Assembly: GCA_035764725.1 (NCBI GenBank)
Contig: DASTYT010000130.1
Location: 364 to 64,363 of the forward strand
DNA from: Candidatus Methylomirabilota bacterium
GTDB lineage: Bacteria > Methylomirabilota > Methylomirabilia > Rokubacteriales > CSP1-6
DNA: 64,000 nt
Direction: 5' to 3'
Shown: one piece after another, positions 35,440 through 44,682 of the stretch
How positions within the stretch are numbered: position 1 is the stretch's first letter
How the letters are laid out: each line of letters starts with the position of its first letter
Notes under the pieces: generated by a model
Databases searched by the model: none
What the model saw: the letters and a program-made list of their open reading frames with translations, nothing else
What the model was told of the DNA's origin: nothing
Position numbers and translations under genes: made by a program

Positions 35440-36222
35440 ATGGAGCAGGAGCTGGCCTCTCGTGTCGCCATCGTCACCGGCGCGGGCCGCGGCATCGGCC
35501 GCGCGACCGCGCTCGAGCTGGCCCGCCTCGGGGCCGACATCGCCGTGGCGGAGCTGGACCGCGTCACGGCCGATCGCACTGCGAGCGAGTTGAAGGGGCT
35601 CGGCCGCCGCGCCCTCGTCCTGCCCACCGACGTGACCTCGCCTGCCGCGCTGGCCGGCATGGTCGAGCGCACCAAGGGCGAGCTGGGCCGCATCGACATC
35701 CTCGTCAACAACGCCGGCATCTACCGGGCGGCGGCCACGCTCGAGGTCACCGAGGAGCACTGGGACTCGGTGCTCGACATCAACGCCAAGGCGGTGTTCT
35801 TCGCGAGCCAGGCCGTGCTCCCAGTGATGATCGCGCAGAAGCGCGGCGTCATCGTGAACCTGGCCTCGCTGGCGGGCAAGATCGGGAGCAAGACCAATTT
35901 GCCCTACAACGCGAGCAAGGCCGCGGTGGTGAGCATGACCAAGAGCCTCGCCCTGGCGCACGCCGCCGACGGCATCCGGGTGAACTGTGTGTGCCCGGGC
36001 TTCGTCGAGACCGACATGTGGGCCAAGGTCGCCAAGGAGCAGGGCGCGCTCCTCGGGATGAGCGCCGAGGAGTTCACGCGCCAGCGCGCGGCGTCCGTGC
36101 CGCTGGGACGGATGGAGAAGCCCGAGGACGTGGCGAGCGTCATCGGCTTCCTCTGCTCCGACCGATCGGGCTACATGACCGGTCAGGCCCTCAACGTCAC
36201 CGGCGGCGTCATCATGCACTGA
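35440..36222 (+). CDS. SDR-family oxidoreductase (FabG-like)
   Basis: TGAGRGIG, NNAGI, YNASKAAV motifs. Confidence 0.9.
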   Translation: MEQELASRVAIVTGAGRGIGRATALELARLGADIAVAELDRVTADRTASELKGLGRRALVLPTDVTSPAALAGMVERTKGELGRIDILVNNAGIYRAAATLEVTEEHWDSVLDINAKAVFFASQAVLPVMIAQKRGVIVNLASLAGKIGSKTNLPYNASKAAVVSMTKSLALAHAADGIRVNCVCPGFVETDMWAKVAKEQGALLGMSAEEFTRQRAASVPLGRMEKPEDVASVIGFLCSDRSGYMTGQALNVTGGVIMH

Positions 36223-36236
36223 GCCCCGGCGCGCGC

Positions 36237-37742
36237 TCACGCGCGCGAGGGCACGACGTAGCCGTAGCGGAGATTCGAGCGCCCTTCGCCGCGCGCCTCG
36301 TATTCGGCCTTGAGGCCGGTCAGGCGGTCGCGGGGGCCGCCAAGCTCGGCCGCCTTGTTGAAGCCGTAAAGCCGCGCCGCGTTCTCCCCGAGGATGGCCC
36401 GCTTCACGGGGCCGTCGGCGGGCCCCAGCGGCGCCCAGCCGTAGCGCGTCTGCATGTCCTCGGGAATCTCGAGCCGCCGCAACCCCTCGATCTGCCACTG
36501 CGGCGCGCCCGTCCACACCGCGTCGGTGCCCCAGATCACATGGTCCGCGCCCATGCCGCGCACGAGCATGCCCATGAGGGCCGCGGTGACGCGCGGCTGG
36601 GCCACGGTGGTCTGCGCGAAGAGCTGGCCGAGATCCGCGTAGACGTTCTTGACGCCGTACTTCGCCGGGATCTCCGCAAGGTCGGTGACCCAGTCCACGC
36701 GCCCCTCCCGCTCGAACTGGGCGAGTGCGTCCGCGGGATTGCCCCCGCCGGGAAAGCGGTAGCCGCCGTGATAGATGATGAAGTTGAGCCCCGGCCAGTC
36801 GCGCGCCGCCTTGCCCACGTCGCGCACGTCGCAGTAGGGCCGGAGATGGGGGAAGCGCATCTCCACCGACGGCGGGAACAGCCCCTTGTGCACGCACACG
36901 TTCACGAGCCCGGCCTTCTGCATCTTCTCGTAAGCCGGGTACACGAGCTTCTCGTCGTCCATGCGCCAAGGGTGCCTGCTGAGATCCTTGTTGGTGTTGT
37001 CGCCGATGGTATAGCCCTTGAAGGAGTCGGGCTTGAGGTCGGCGATGGCGCGGTCCATCTCCTCGAGCCAGCCCGGATAGCCCGGCGTGAAGATGGCGTG
37101 GCTCATCATCCGCCGCGCGCCGAGCCGGGCGTTGACCTTGTCGCGCGCGGCCGCCGCCATGTCATTGGTGAGGAACCAGTCCTGGGGCACTTCCGACGGC
37201 GCGCCCGAGAGCAGCGCGACCTTGGTGTCAGAGTCCAGGAAGATCTCCTTGAAGTAGTTGTCGGCCTTCAGATCCTCGAGCGTCTGGGGCTTGCCCGCGA
37301 GGGCCGGGTTCCACCCCGCGCGGCCCACCGCTTCCCGCTGGCGCACGAAGCCCTCGAGCCGCGTGTCGTCGCGGAGGAAGTGCGTGTGCGTGTCCATGAC
37401 GAACTGACCGGCGAGCGCCTTCGCGCGGGCCACGGCGGCGTCCGAGTCGGCGGCCTCGGCACGGCTCGCGTCGAAGAGCCGCCCGTACACCTCGTTCATC
37501 GCGACGAACGCGGCAGCCATGCCGCTCGCCGTCTGGAAGAAGCGCCGCCGCGTGATCCCGCGTCGCCGCGCCTCGGTGTCGGCAATCTCCACGACGCGCG
37601 CCTCGACCTGCCGCTGCGCGGGGCTCTGCGGCGAGGGATAGTACTCGTCGCTCGAGACGACCTGGGTGGGCACGGGGCCGGGGAAGGCCGCGGTCTCGGC
37701 AGGGTGAAGGGACGCCAGCTCCTCGTCGCTCAGCAGTCGCAT
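36237..37742 (-). CDS. amidohydrolase-family metal hydrolase with an RR-containing N-terminal region
   Basis: MDTHTHF metal motif, ..CVHKG.., ..IIYHGG.., ..WGTDAVW... RRGITRRRFFQTASGMAAAFVAMN looks like a Tat signal but sits about 55 aa from the ATG at 37742. An internal GTG at 37592 (GAGG 8 nt upstream) would give a canonical Tat signal. Confidence 0.75.
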   Translation of the reverse strand: MRLLSDEELASLHPAETAAFPGPVPTQVVSSDEYYPSPQSPAQRQVEARVVEIADTEARRRGITRRRFFQTASGMAAAFVAMNEVYGRLFDASRAEAADSDAAVARAKALAGQFVMDTHTHFLRDDTRLEGFVRQREAVGRAGWNPALAGKPQTLEDLKADNYFKEIFLDSDTKVALLSGAPSEVPQDWFLTNDMAAAARDKVNARLGARRMMSHAIFTPGYPGWLEEMDRAIADLKPDSFKGYTIGDNTNKDLSRHPWRMDDEKLVYPAYEKMQKAGLVNVCVHKGLFPPSVEMRFPHLRPYCDVRDVGKAARDWPGLNFIIYHGGYRFPGGGNPADALAQFEREGRVDWVTDLAEIPAKYGVKNVYADLGQLFAQTTVAQPRVTAALMGMLVRGMGADHVIWGTDAVWTGAPQWQIEGLRRLEIPEDMQTRYGWAPLGPADGPVKRAILGENAARLYGFNKAAELGGPRDRLTGLKAEYEARGEGRSNLRYGYVVPSRA

Positions 37743-37822
37743 GGGCTCGTCCTCCTCCTCGCGCGCTGGCGAGTCTAGCACGGCGTCTTGAACTCATCCT
37801 CCCGGCCCGCTACTCTGCCTCC

Positions 37823-38635
37823 ATGAATCCACTGCGGCCCGCCGATCGCTACGTCGTCGCCAACGGCCTCCGCCTCCACTGCCTCGACTGGGGCGGCGAC
37901 GGCCCCCCGCTCCTCCTGCTCCACGGCTTCACGGGCCACGCGCATGCCTGGGACACGCTGTCGATCGCGCTCCAGCCGCACTTCCACGTGTATGCCCTCG
38001 ATCAGCGGGGCCACGGGGAGAGCGACCCCGCGGAGGTGTACAACCCGGTCGTCGCCTTCGACGACATCAACGGCGTCCTCGCCGAGCTCGGCCTCACCAC
38101 GCTCACCGTGATCGGCCTCTCCATGGGCGGGCGCAACGCGATGTACTTCGCCTCGAAGCGCCCGGAGGCGGTGCGGCGCCTCGTGATCGTGGACATCGGC
38201 CCCGAGATCAGCAAGAAGATGTCGCAGGCGCCGCCCGGACCGCCCGAGCCCGAGACCTGGGACTCGATCGAGCAGGCCGCGCAGCATCTCCTCCGCGGCA
38301 ATGCCTATCCCGGCATCCACTACTACCGCTGGGTCGCCTCCCACAGTCTCAAGGCCCGGCCGGACGGGCGCCTGGTGTGGCAGTGGCATCCGAGCATCAA
38401 GGAGCGCCGCACCCAATCGGACATCGACTGGTGGGCCCTGCTCAAAACGATCTCGGCGCCCACCCTCGTGCTGCGCGGCGCCGAGAGCCCGATCCTGGAC
38501 CGCGACGTGGCCGAGCGCATGGCCGCCACGCTGCCCGACGGCCGCTTCGCGGAGATTCCGCGTGCCGTCCACACGCTGCACGAGGACAATCCGGACGCCG
38601 TGCTCGCCGCCCTGCGCGCGTTCCTCGCGTTCTGA
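37823..38635 (+). CDS. alpha/beta-fold hydrolase
   Basis: LLLLHGFTGHAHAW, nucleophile elbow GLSMGG, C-terminal ..AVHTLHEDNP... Confidence 0.85.
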   Translation: MNPLRPADRYVVANGLRLHCLDWGGDGPPLLLLHGFTGHAHAWDTLSIALQPHFHVYALDQRGHGESDPAEVYNPVVAFDDINGVLAELGLTTLTVIGLSMGGRNAMYFASKRPEAVRRLVIVDIGPEISKKMSQAPPGPPEPETWDSIEQAAQHLLRGNAYPGIHYYRWVASHSLKARPDGRLVWQWHPSIKERRTQSDIDWWALLKTISAPTLVLRGAESPILDRDVAERMAATLPDGRFAEIPRAVHTLHEDNPDAVLAALRAFLAF

Positions 38636-38646
38636 GCGCGCCCTCC

Positions 38647-39534
38647 GTGCACGCCGCGCGCGCGCCGGGCCCGACGTCGCACACGTATTTCTCCCAGCGG
38701 CTGCGCCTGCACTACGTGAACTGGGGCAATCCCGGCGGGCGGCCGCTGCTCCTCGTCCACGGCGGGCGCGATCACTGCCGGAACTGGGACTGGACCGCCG
38801 CGGCCTTCCGCGACGAGTGGCACGTGATCGCGCCCGATCTCCGCGGGCACGGCGATAGCCAGTGGTCGCCCGACGGCAGCTACACCATGGCCGGCTACGT
38901 CTACGATCTCGCCCAGCTCATCCATCAGCAGCGCCTGGCCCCCGTGACGATCATCGCCCACTCCCTCGGCGGCGCCATCGCGCTCCGCTACGCGGGCATC
39001 TATCCGGAGACGGTGGCGCGGCTGGTGGCCATCGAGGGCCTCGGGCCGCCGCCCGGCGCCATCGCCGCGCTGCGCGACGTGCCCATCGAGACGCGCATGG
39101 ACAAGTGGATTCAGGAGCAGCGCGGCCTGGCCGGCCGCCTGCCCCGCCGCTATCCGTCCATCGAGGACGCCTTCCGCCGCATGCAGGAGGAGAACCCGCA
39201 CCTCACCGCCGCGCAGGCGCGTCATCTCACCGAGCACGGCGTGAACCAGAACGAGGACGGGACCTATAGCTGGAAGTTCGACAACTACGTGCGCGCGTGG
39301 TTCCCCTACGACATGCGCGGCCAGGACATCCAGCGTCTGTGGAGCCGCATCACCTGCCCCACTCTGCTCCTCTACGGCAAGGAGAGCCGCTCCGGTGATC
39401 CGGCCGCGGACGGCCGCGCGCGCCACTTTCCCCACGCGCGGGTGGTCGGCATCGACGGCGCGGGCCACTGGCTCCATCACGACCGACTGGACGTCTTCCT
39501 CCAGACGGTGCGCGACTTCCTGAGCGAGCGCTGA
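38647..39534 (+). CDS. alpha/beta-fold hydrolase (paralogue of the preceding gene)
   Basis: GTG at 38647. LLLVHGGRDHCRNW, AHSLGG, ..GAGHWLHHD... The 5' part of the 385-aa ORF-track entry overlaps the previous gene and is rejected. Confidence 0.8.
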   Translation: MHAARAPGPTSHTYFSQRLRLHYVNWGNPGGRPLLLVHGGRDHCRNWDWTAAAFRDEWHVIAPDLRGHGDSQWSPDGSYTMAGYVYDLAQLIHQQRLAPVTIIAHSLGGAIALRYAGIYPETVARLVAIEGLGPPPGAIAALRDVPIETRMDKWIQEQRGLAGRLPRRYPSIEDAFRRMQEENPHLTAAQARHLTEHGVNQNEDGTYSWKFDNYVRAWFPYDMRGQDIQRLWSRITCPTLLLYGKESRSGDPAADGRARHFPHARVVGIDGAGHWLHHDRLDVFLQTVRDFLSER

Positions 39535-39653
39535 CGCGAGCCCCGACCGGGCGCGGCGGGCCCTCCCCTTCGCCCGCGACCTGCGGTATGCTGGGCGACG
39601 GTTTCCGGAGCCCTTCACTCAACCCCTCACCTCCGACTCAAGGAGATCCGGTC

Positions 39654-40265
39654 ATGGCACAGCTCACTGTTCCCCTCGATGCCGCCCGCTTCGGGAAGGG
39701 TCTTCCCTGGAAGGACTACATGGCCCAGATGGGCGACACGCGGGCCCGCACCGAGGACAACTACGCGAAGGCGACGCTCACCGACGAGGAGCGCTCGTTC
39801 TTCAAGAACCCGGCGCTCGGCAAGGTGAAGTACGCCCTCATGCTCGCCGAGAACTGGTGCGGCGACGTGCACCGCAACTCGCCCCTTCTCGCTCACATCT
39901 GCGAGGCCATGCCGAACTGCGAGATGCGGGTGTTCTTCCGCGATCAGAACCTCGACATCACCGACCTCTACCTCAACAACGGCTACCGCTCGATCCCGGT
40001 CATCGTCTTCTTCGATCAGAACTGGAACGAGATCGGCCACTGGATCGAGCGTGCGAGCGCGGCCACCCAGAAGATGATGGCGCTCCGCGCCAAGACGGTG
40101 GACGTGGCGCCGGCCGATCAGCAGGAGGCGGCGACGGCGGAGTTCCGGAAGCAGTACCAGGCGTTGCACGAAGGTCCCAACAGCCCCTGGCGCGAGGCGG
40201 TGAAGGAAGTGCGCCAGGTGCTGGCGACCCGGCTCGGGCTCCTGCCCCCGGACGCCAAGAAGTAG
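39654..40265 (+). CDS. thioredoxin-fold family protein (single-Cys WCGDV motif)
   Basis: ATG at 39654 follows AAGGAG. ..LMLAENWCGDVHRNSP..YRSIPVIVFFD.. thioredoxin-like pattern. Confidence 0.65.
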   Translation: MAQLTVPLDAARFGKGLPWKDYMAQMGDTRARTEDNYAKATLTDEERSFFKNPALGKVKYALMLAENWCGDVHRNSPLLAHICEAMPNCEMRVFFRDQNLDITDLYLNNGYRSIPVIVFFDQNWNEIGHWIERASAATQKMMALRAKTVDVAPADQQEAATAEFRKQYQALHEGPNSPWREAVKEVRQVLATRLGLLPPDAKK

Positions 40266-40275
40266 GTCGCGCACG

Positions 40276-41340
40276 ATGCGGGCGACGGCCGAGACACTGC
40301 GCCGGCTCACCAGCGCGATGCTGCGCGCCGGCGGCAGCGGCGGCGAGGAAGCGGAGCTGGTGGCGGATCATCTCGTGCAGGCCAATCTCGCCGGGCACGA
40401 CAGCCACGGGGTCGGCATGATGCCGACCTACGTCCGCAACCTCAAGGCCGGTCTGGTCGTCCCGAACACGCGGGCCAAGGTCGTGAAGGACGACGGGCCC
40501 ATCGTCATGCTGGATGGAGGACGCGGCTACGGGCGATGCGTGGGCGGGGAGCTGATGACCGCCGCCATCGCCCGGTGCCGTCAGACGGGCGTCGCGGTGG
40601 GGACGCTCGCCAACGCGCATCACGTGGGACGGGTCGGCGCCTACGGCGAGCTCGCCGTCGGCGCCGGCCTCGTCTCGCTGCACTTCGTCAACGTCAGTGA
40701 CCACCGCGCCCTCGTGGCCCCGTTCCGGGGCAGCGACGGGCGCTTCTCGACCAATCCCATCTGCATCGCCCTCCCCGCCACCGAGCGGCAGCCCCCAGTG
40801 CTCCTCGACATGGCGACCAGCGAGATCGCGATGGGGAAGGTACGCGTCGCGAAGAACGAGGGAAAGCTCGTCGCCGAGGGCGCCCTCATCGACGCCGCCG
40901 GCCGCCCCACCCGCGACCCTAACGTCATGTACGGGGAGCCGTCGGGATCGCTCCGCCCCTTCGGCGAGCACAAGGGCTATGCGCTCGCCGTCGTCACCGA
41001 GCTCCTCGCCACCGCGCTCACCGGCGGGCCCAGTATCCAGCCCGACAACGCGCGGCTGGGCGGCATCGTCAACAACATGCTCTGCGTGCTTCTCGATCCG
41101 GCGCGCCTCGCGGGCCTCGAGTGGTTCCGCCGCGAGCTCGACGGCTTCGTGAGCTACGTGAAGGCGTCCCCGCCCGCGGCCGCCGCCGCCGTGCTCGTGC
41201 CCGGCGATCCCGAGCGCCAAGCCCGGGCCGAGCGCGGCCGCGACGGGATTGACGTCGACGCGACGACGTGGGAGGAGATCCTTGCCGCGGGCGAGGCGGT
41301 GGGCCTGCCCCGCGCGCAGGCCGAGGCGCTCGTCGCCTGA
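40276..41340 (+). CDS. Ldh_2-family (malate/L-lactate/ureidoglycolate dehydrogenase type 2) oxidoreductase
   Basis: ..ANLAGHDSHGV.., ..NAHHVGRVG.., ..STNPICIA..MATSEIAMGKV.., ..FGEHKGYALA.. motifs. Confidence 0.85.
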   Translation: MRATAETLRRLTSAMLRAGGSGGEEAELVADHLVQANLAGHDSHGVGMMPTYVRNLKAGLVVPNTRAKVVKDDGPIVMLDGGRGYGRCVGGELMTAAIARCRQTGVAVGTLANAHHVGRVGAYGELAVGAGLVSLHFVNVSDHRALVAPFRGSDGRFSTNPICIALPATERQPPVLLDMATSEIAMGKVRVAKNEGKLVAEGALIDAAGRPTRDPNVMYGEPSGSLRPFGEHKGYALAVVTELLATALTGGPSIQPDNARLGGIVNNMLCVLLDPARLAGLEWFRRELDGFVSYVKASPPAAAAAVLVPGDPERQARAERGRDGIDVDATTWEEILAAGEAVGLPRAQAEALVA

Positions 41341-41341
41341 G

Positions 41342-42568
41342 GTGAGCGCCCCGCCCCGCCCGGCCGACGAGCTGCCCCTCACCGGCTACACCGTCCTCGA
41401 CCTCACGCGCGTGCTCGCCGGGCCTTACTGCACGCGCATCCTCGCCGACATGGGCGCGCGGGTCATCAAGATCGAGCGGCCGGTCGAGGGCGACGACATG
41501 CGGCGCAACTACATGCAGCTCGAGCCCGGGCGCACCGACCAGTCGAGCTACTTCACGCGCGTCAACGCCGGGAAGGAGAGCGTGGCCGTGGACATGGCCA
41601 AGCCCGAGGGCCGGGCGGTGATCCACGACCTCGCGCGGCGCGCCGATGTCTTCGTGGAGAACTTCATGCCGGGCGTGTCGGCCAAGCTCGGCTGCGACGA
41701 GCCGACGCTGCGCGCGCTCCGGCCCGACCTCGTGTACTGCTCGATCTCCGGCTTCGGCCAGACCGGACCGTGGCGCGCGCGCCCGGCCTTCGCCCACATC
41801 ATCAACGCCGCCTCGGGCCTCATGCACCTCGAGCAGGGCGACGAGCCAGCGCCCCGCGCCTCGAACCTCCAGGCGGCTGACGTGCTCGCCGGCACCCACG
41901 CGGTCGGCGCCATCGTGGGCGCGCTGCTCCGTCGCGGCCGCACCGGTCGGGGCGCCCACCTCGACGTCTCGATGCTGGAGGCGCTGATCAGCGCCGACAG
42001 CGTCACCTACGCGGCCGTGCTCAACGGGGGCGAGGAGGCGGGCAATCCACGGCCGGGCATGGTGGTGGCGCCCATCGGCGCGCGCTGCCTCGCCATGCAG
42101 TTCGTGGGGTCGGGCGAGCTCTGGCCGCGGCTGCTCGCGCTCATGGGGCGCCCCGAGCTGGGCAAGGATCCGCGCTTCGACACGGCGGACCAGCGCCGCG
42201 CCAACTGGCGGGTACTCCGCGAGATCGTGGTGACCTGGCTGCAAGCGACCTACCCGAGCGTGGAGGCGGCCCTGGCCGCGCTGGCGGATGCGCGCATTCC
42301 TTGCGCGCCGGTGCTCCGGCCCGCCGACCTCGTGGCGGAGCCGCACCTGGCCGAGCGGGGCTTCTTCCCCTCCGTCCCGCATCCCGCCCGCGGATCCGTG
42401 CGCATCACCTCGACCCCCTACCATCTCGATCATCGGCCCATGGAGCCGCGCGGGGGGGCCGCGTACCGCGTGGGCGAGCACACCCGTGACGTGCTGGTGC
42501 GCGACCTCGGCTATAGCGCCGCGCGCATCGAGGCGCTGCGGCAGGCGCGCATCGTCGACATTCCCTGA
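41342..42568 (+). CDS. family III CoA-transferase (CaiB/BaiF type)
   Basis: GTG at 41342. LTGYTVLDLTRVLAGPYCTRILADMGARVIKIE, ..VENFMPG.. motifs. Confidence 0.85.
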   Translation: MSAPPRPADELPLTGYTVLDLTRVLAGPYCTRILADMGARVIKIERPVEGDDMRRNYMQLEPGRTDQSSYFTRVNAGKESVAVDMAKPEGRAVIHDLARRADVFVENFMPGVSAKLGCDEPTLRALRPDLVYCSISGFGQTGPWRARPAFAHIINAASGLMHLEQGDEPAPRASNLQAADVLAGTHAVGAIVGALLRRGRTGRGAHLDVSMLEALISADSVTYAAVLNGGEEAGNPRPGMVVAPIGARCLAMQFVGSGELWPRLLALMGRPELGKDPRFDTADQRRANWRVLREIVVTWLQATYPSVEAALAALADARIPCAPVLRPADLVAEPHLAERGFFPSVPHPARGSVRITSTPYHLDHRPMEPRGGAAYRVGEHTRDVLVRDLGYSAARIEALRQARIVDIP

Positions 42569-42596
42569 TTCCTCCCCGACATTTCCCCGTCATTTC

Positions 42597-42616
42597 CCGC
42601 GCCCAAAGCGCGGTTT
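42597..42616 (+). terminator. short GC hairpin followed by TTT after the CoA-transferase gene
   Basis: ccgcgc-ccaaa-gcgcgg (6-bp perfect stem, 42597-42613) followed by ttt. It separates the upstream operon from the 42670 operon. The structure is short, so confidence is low. Confidence 0.35.
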
Positions 42617-42669
42617 AACTCGACCTATGGGATAGACTGAGCGGGCGGAGGTTCCTGTCCGCAGACCCC

Positions 42670-43416
42670 ATGGGAGGCCACGTGGACAAGCAGGCGGACG
42701 GCACGATGTTGGCCGCCGACCTGCGCACCCTCGCCGAGGCCGATGCGCGCCGCACTCCCATGGATGCGCTGCTCGAGGCGGCGGGCCGGGGCGAGTGGGA
42801 CGACGACCGCGGCTTCCGGCTGCTCGGCCGGCTCTGGACGCTCAAGCGCGCGATGTACTACGTCTACGGGGCCTGGGCGATGGGCCTCAACGTCAACGAG
42901 TTCCCGCCCGCGGTGGCCTACCTCTTCGGCAAGCAAATCTACGACGACTCCACGCACGAGATGCAGTACGTGGACGAGATCCTGCGCCGCGGCTGGGCGC
43001 CCACCCAGCGCGTCGCGTTCGCCCATCCCTACTGCGCCTTTGTCCCCGCCACGCGGCTCGCCTACTTCGTCTTCGCCCTCCGCGCGCTCACGAACTACCG
43101 GCAGAACATCCGCATCGCCGCCTTCAACCTCGGCGCCAAGGTGATCGAGCTCACCTGGCTCGAGCGGCTCGGCCGCGACTGGCCGGATCCCACCCTGCGC
43201 GCGCTCTTCGCCGGCCAGGTCGCGGAGACGCGCAGTCACGTGCTGATGGGCCGCTTGATCGTCGAGCGCTGTGTGGGGAGCGCGGTGGACGAGGGGCTCG
43301 CCCGCATCGATCACGGCGTGGTGCGCCAGAACTATCTCTTCGCCCTCGACGAGATCGCCGCCGTCACCCTGGGCCTGGCCGAGGTCAAGGGTGAAGTCTC
43401 GGTGCCCAAGGACTAG
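42670..43416 (+). CDS. ferritin-like four-helix-bundle protein with a degenerate diiron site (putative non-catalytic partner subunit)
   Basis: 248 aa, predicted all-helical. Only partial carboxylate/His motifs are present: D93-x2-H96 (YDDSTHEMQY) and E186-x3-H190 (VAETRSHV). N153 and a non-acidic residue near position 60 sit where the bridging Glu would be expected. It is the first gene of a translationally coupled operon. The family assignment is inference. Confidence 0.5.
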   Translation: MGGHVDKQADGTMLAADLRTLAEADARRTPMDALLEAAGRGEWDDDRGFRLLGRLWTLKRAMYYVYGAWAMGLNVNEFPPAVAYLFGKQIYDDSTHEMQYVDEILRRGWAPTQRVAFAHPYCAFVPATRLAYFVFALRALTNYRQNIRIAAFNLGAKVIELTWLERLGRDWPDPTLRALFAGQVAETRSHVLMGRLIVERCVGSAVDEGLARIDHGVVRQNYLFALDEIAAVTLGLAEVKGEVSVPKD

Positions 43417-43419
43417 GGC

Positions 43420-43710
43420 GTGCCCCCCGCGAGCATCCCCATCCGGGTCGACCACGAGGCGTGCACCGAGTGCCGCATGTGCTACGTGGTTTGCCGCGAG
43501 ATCGACCTGAACGCGGTGTACGTGGCGCCCGAGCCGCGCCATCGTTTCGAGATCGACCCCGCCCGCTGCCTCTACCCCGGCTGCACCGCGTGCCTCATGT
43601 ACTGTCCCGCACCCGGCTCCATCGTGGAAGCGGCGAGCGGACGCTCGCTGGTGCCCCCGCCGCCCGACGTGTGGACGTCCGACCGGCGCGTGCCGCGGGG
43701 GATCGCGTGA
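43420..43710 (+). CDS. 2x[4Fe-4S]-type ferredoxin (atypical spacing)
   Basis: 96 aa, GTG start 4 nt after the upstream stop. C15-x2-C18-x2-C21-x3-C25 and C50-x4-C55-x2-C58-x3-C62-P. It is paralogous to the 44471 ferredoxin (shared ..HRFE(I/V).. linker). Confidence 0.75.
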   Translation: MPPASIPIRVDHEACTECRMCYVVCREIDLNAVYVAPEPRHRFEIDPARCLYPGCTACLMYCPAPGSIVEAASGRSLVPPPPDVWTSDRRVPRGIA

Positions 43711-44474
43711 TGCCGCGGCCCAATCACCCGCTCGTGCAGCAGTTCATGGACGCGTGGGTCACGCCCACCGGCTTCGCCGGTCCCGGCGTCGAGTTCCGCA
43801 TGCGGATGACCGCGCGCTGCCTGCCGATCTGGAACGGCGCGACGGCGCGGGCGGTGAAGGGCGGCGAGGCCGACCGCCACCTGACTGGCGACGACTGGAA
43901 GATGGAGCGCGCGCTCGCCGGTTACGCGCTGGAAGGGCCGCAGATGTCCATCAAGCAGATGTCCACCCAGCTCCTCTCCGTGCCCATGGATCAGCAGGCG
44001 CGCTACATCGATCTCCAGCGCATGCGCGCGCGCCAGATCTGGGACGAGGTCAAGCACGGCCAGCTCAACGCCGACGTGCTCCTCCGCGGCGGCCGCATCA
44101 AGAGGGAAGACGAGCTGATGGCGAGCGTGGAGGCCAACGCGCAGGACAACCTCGCCTACTTCGGCCTCACCTCCATGTTCGCGCATCTCCATCCCCTCGC
44201 CCGCGCCGCCCAGAACTACTTCGTGGAGGCCATCGCCTGCCTCGGCATCACCGCCACGCTCGCGGCCGTCGACGATCCGCTCATCCGCCACCAGATGAAG
44301 AGCCAGCAGGCGGAGGAGCTCATGCACTTCATGGAGGGCAAGTACCAGCTCGACGCCTACTGCCTCACCGCCGAGGAGCAGCGCCCGGTGGAGGAGGCCT
44401 TCGACTTCCTCCTCAAGCCCTGGGCCACCACCATGAACCCGGCCTTCGGGGCGCGGCGCGAGGGCGGCGCGTGA
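43710..44474 (+). CDS. ferritin-like diiron-carboxylate protein (putative oxygenase catalytic subunit)
   Basis: 254 aa. Its ATG overlaps the upstream TGA. There are two ExxH motifs 90 residues apart: E113-V-K-H116 (44046-44057) and E203-L-M-H206 (44316-44327). E173 lies 30 residues before the second motif. E75 is a possible first ligand. This is the E..ExxH x2 layout of small ferritin-like oxygenases (PaaA, AurF/CmlI, MiaE, ADO). Confidence 0.6.
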   Translation: MPRPNHPLVQQFMDAWVTPTGFAGPGVEFRMRMTARCLPIWNGATARAVKGGEADRHLTGDDWKMERALAGYALEGPQMSIKQMSTQLLSVPMDQQARYIDLQRMRARQIWDEVKHGQLNADVLLRGGRIKREDELMASVEANAQDNLAYFGLTSMFAHLHPLARAAQNYFVEAIACLGITATLAAVDDPLIRHQMKSQQAEELMHFMEGKYQLDAYCLTAEEQRPVEEAFDFLLKPWATTMNPAFGARREGGA

Positions 44475-44674
44475 AGGTCCGCATCGACGACGACCACTGC
44501 ATCGCCTGCGGGCTCTGCCGCGAGGCCTGTCCCGAGGGTGCGGTGCATCCGCGCATGCAGGATATCCACCACCGGTTCGAAGTGTTGTCGCACGAGTGCA
44601 CAGGCTGCGCGGTGTGCCTCCCGTACTGCCCGGTGCCTCCCGCGCTCGTGCAGTACGACATCGCCACCCCCTGA
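44471..44674 (+). CDS. 2x[4Fe-4S] dicluster ferredoxin
   Basis: 67 aa, GTGA overlap with the upstream gene. Canonical CIACGLCREACP and CTGCAVCLPYCP motifs. Confidence 0.85.
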   Translation: MKVRIDDDHCIACGLCREACPEGAVHPRMQDIHHRFEVLSHECTGCAVCLPYCPVPPALVQYDIATP

Positions 44675-44682
44675 GCGGGATC

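Noticed and set aside
36237-37592. A shorter amidohydrolase gene starting at GTG 37592, which would give a canonical Tat signal
   Set aside because: It is plausible and noted in the feature. However, the upstream 50 codons keep high third-position GC, and the longer form leaves a normal 80-nt divergent spacer. I kept ATG 37742 as the working start.
42580-42600. Direct repeat ATTTCCC(C)-GTC-ATTTCCC upstream of the biosynthetic operon, as a possible operator
   Set aside because: It consists of only two 7-nt copies and overlaps the putative terminator hairpin. There is no adjacent regulator gene, so it could easily be chance.
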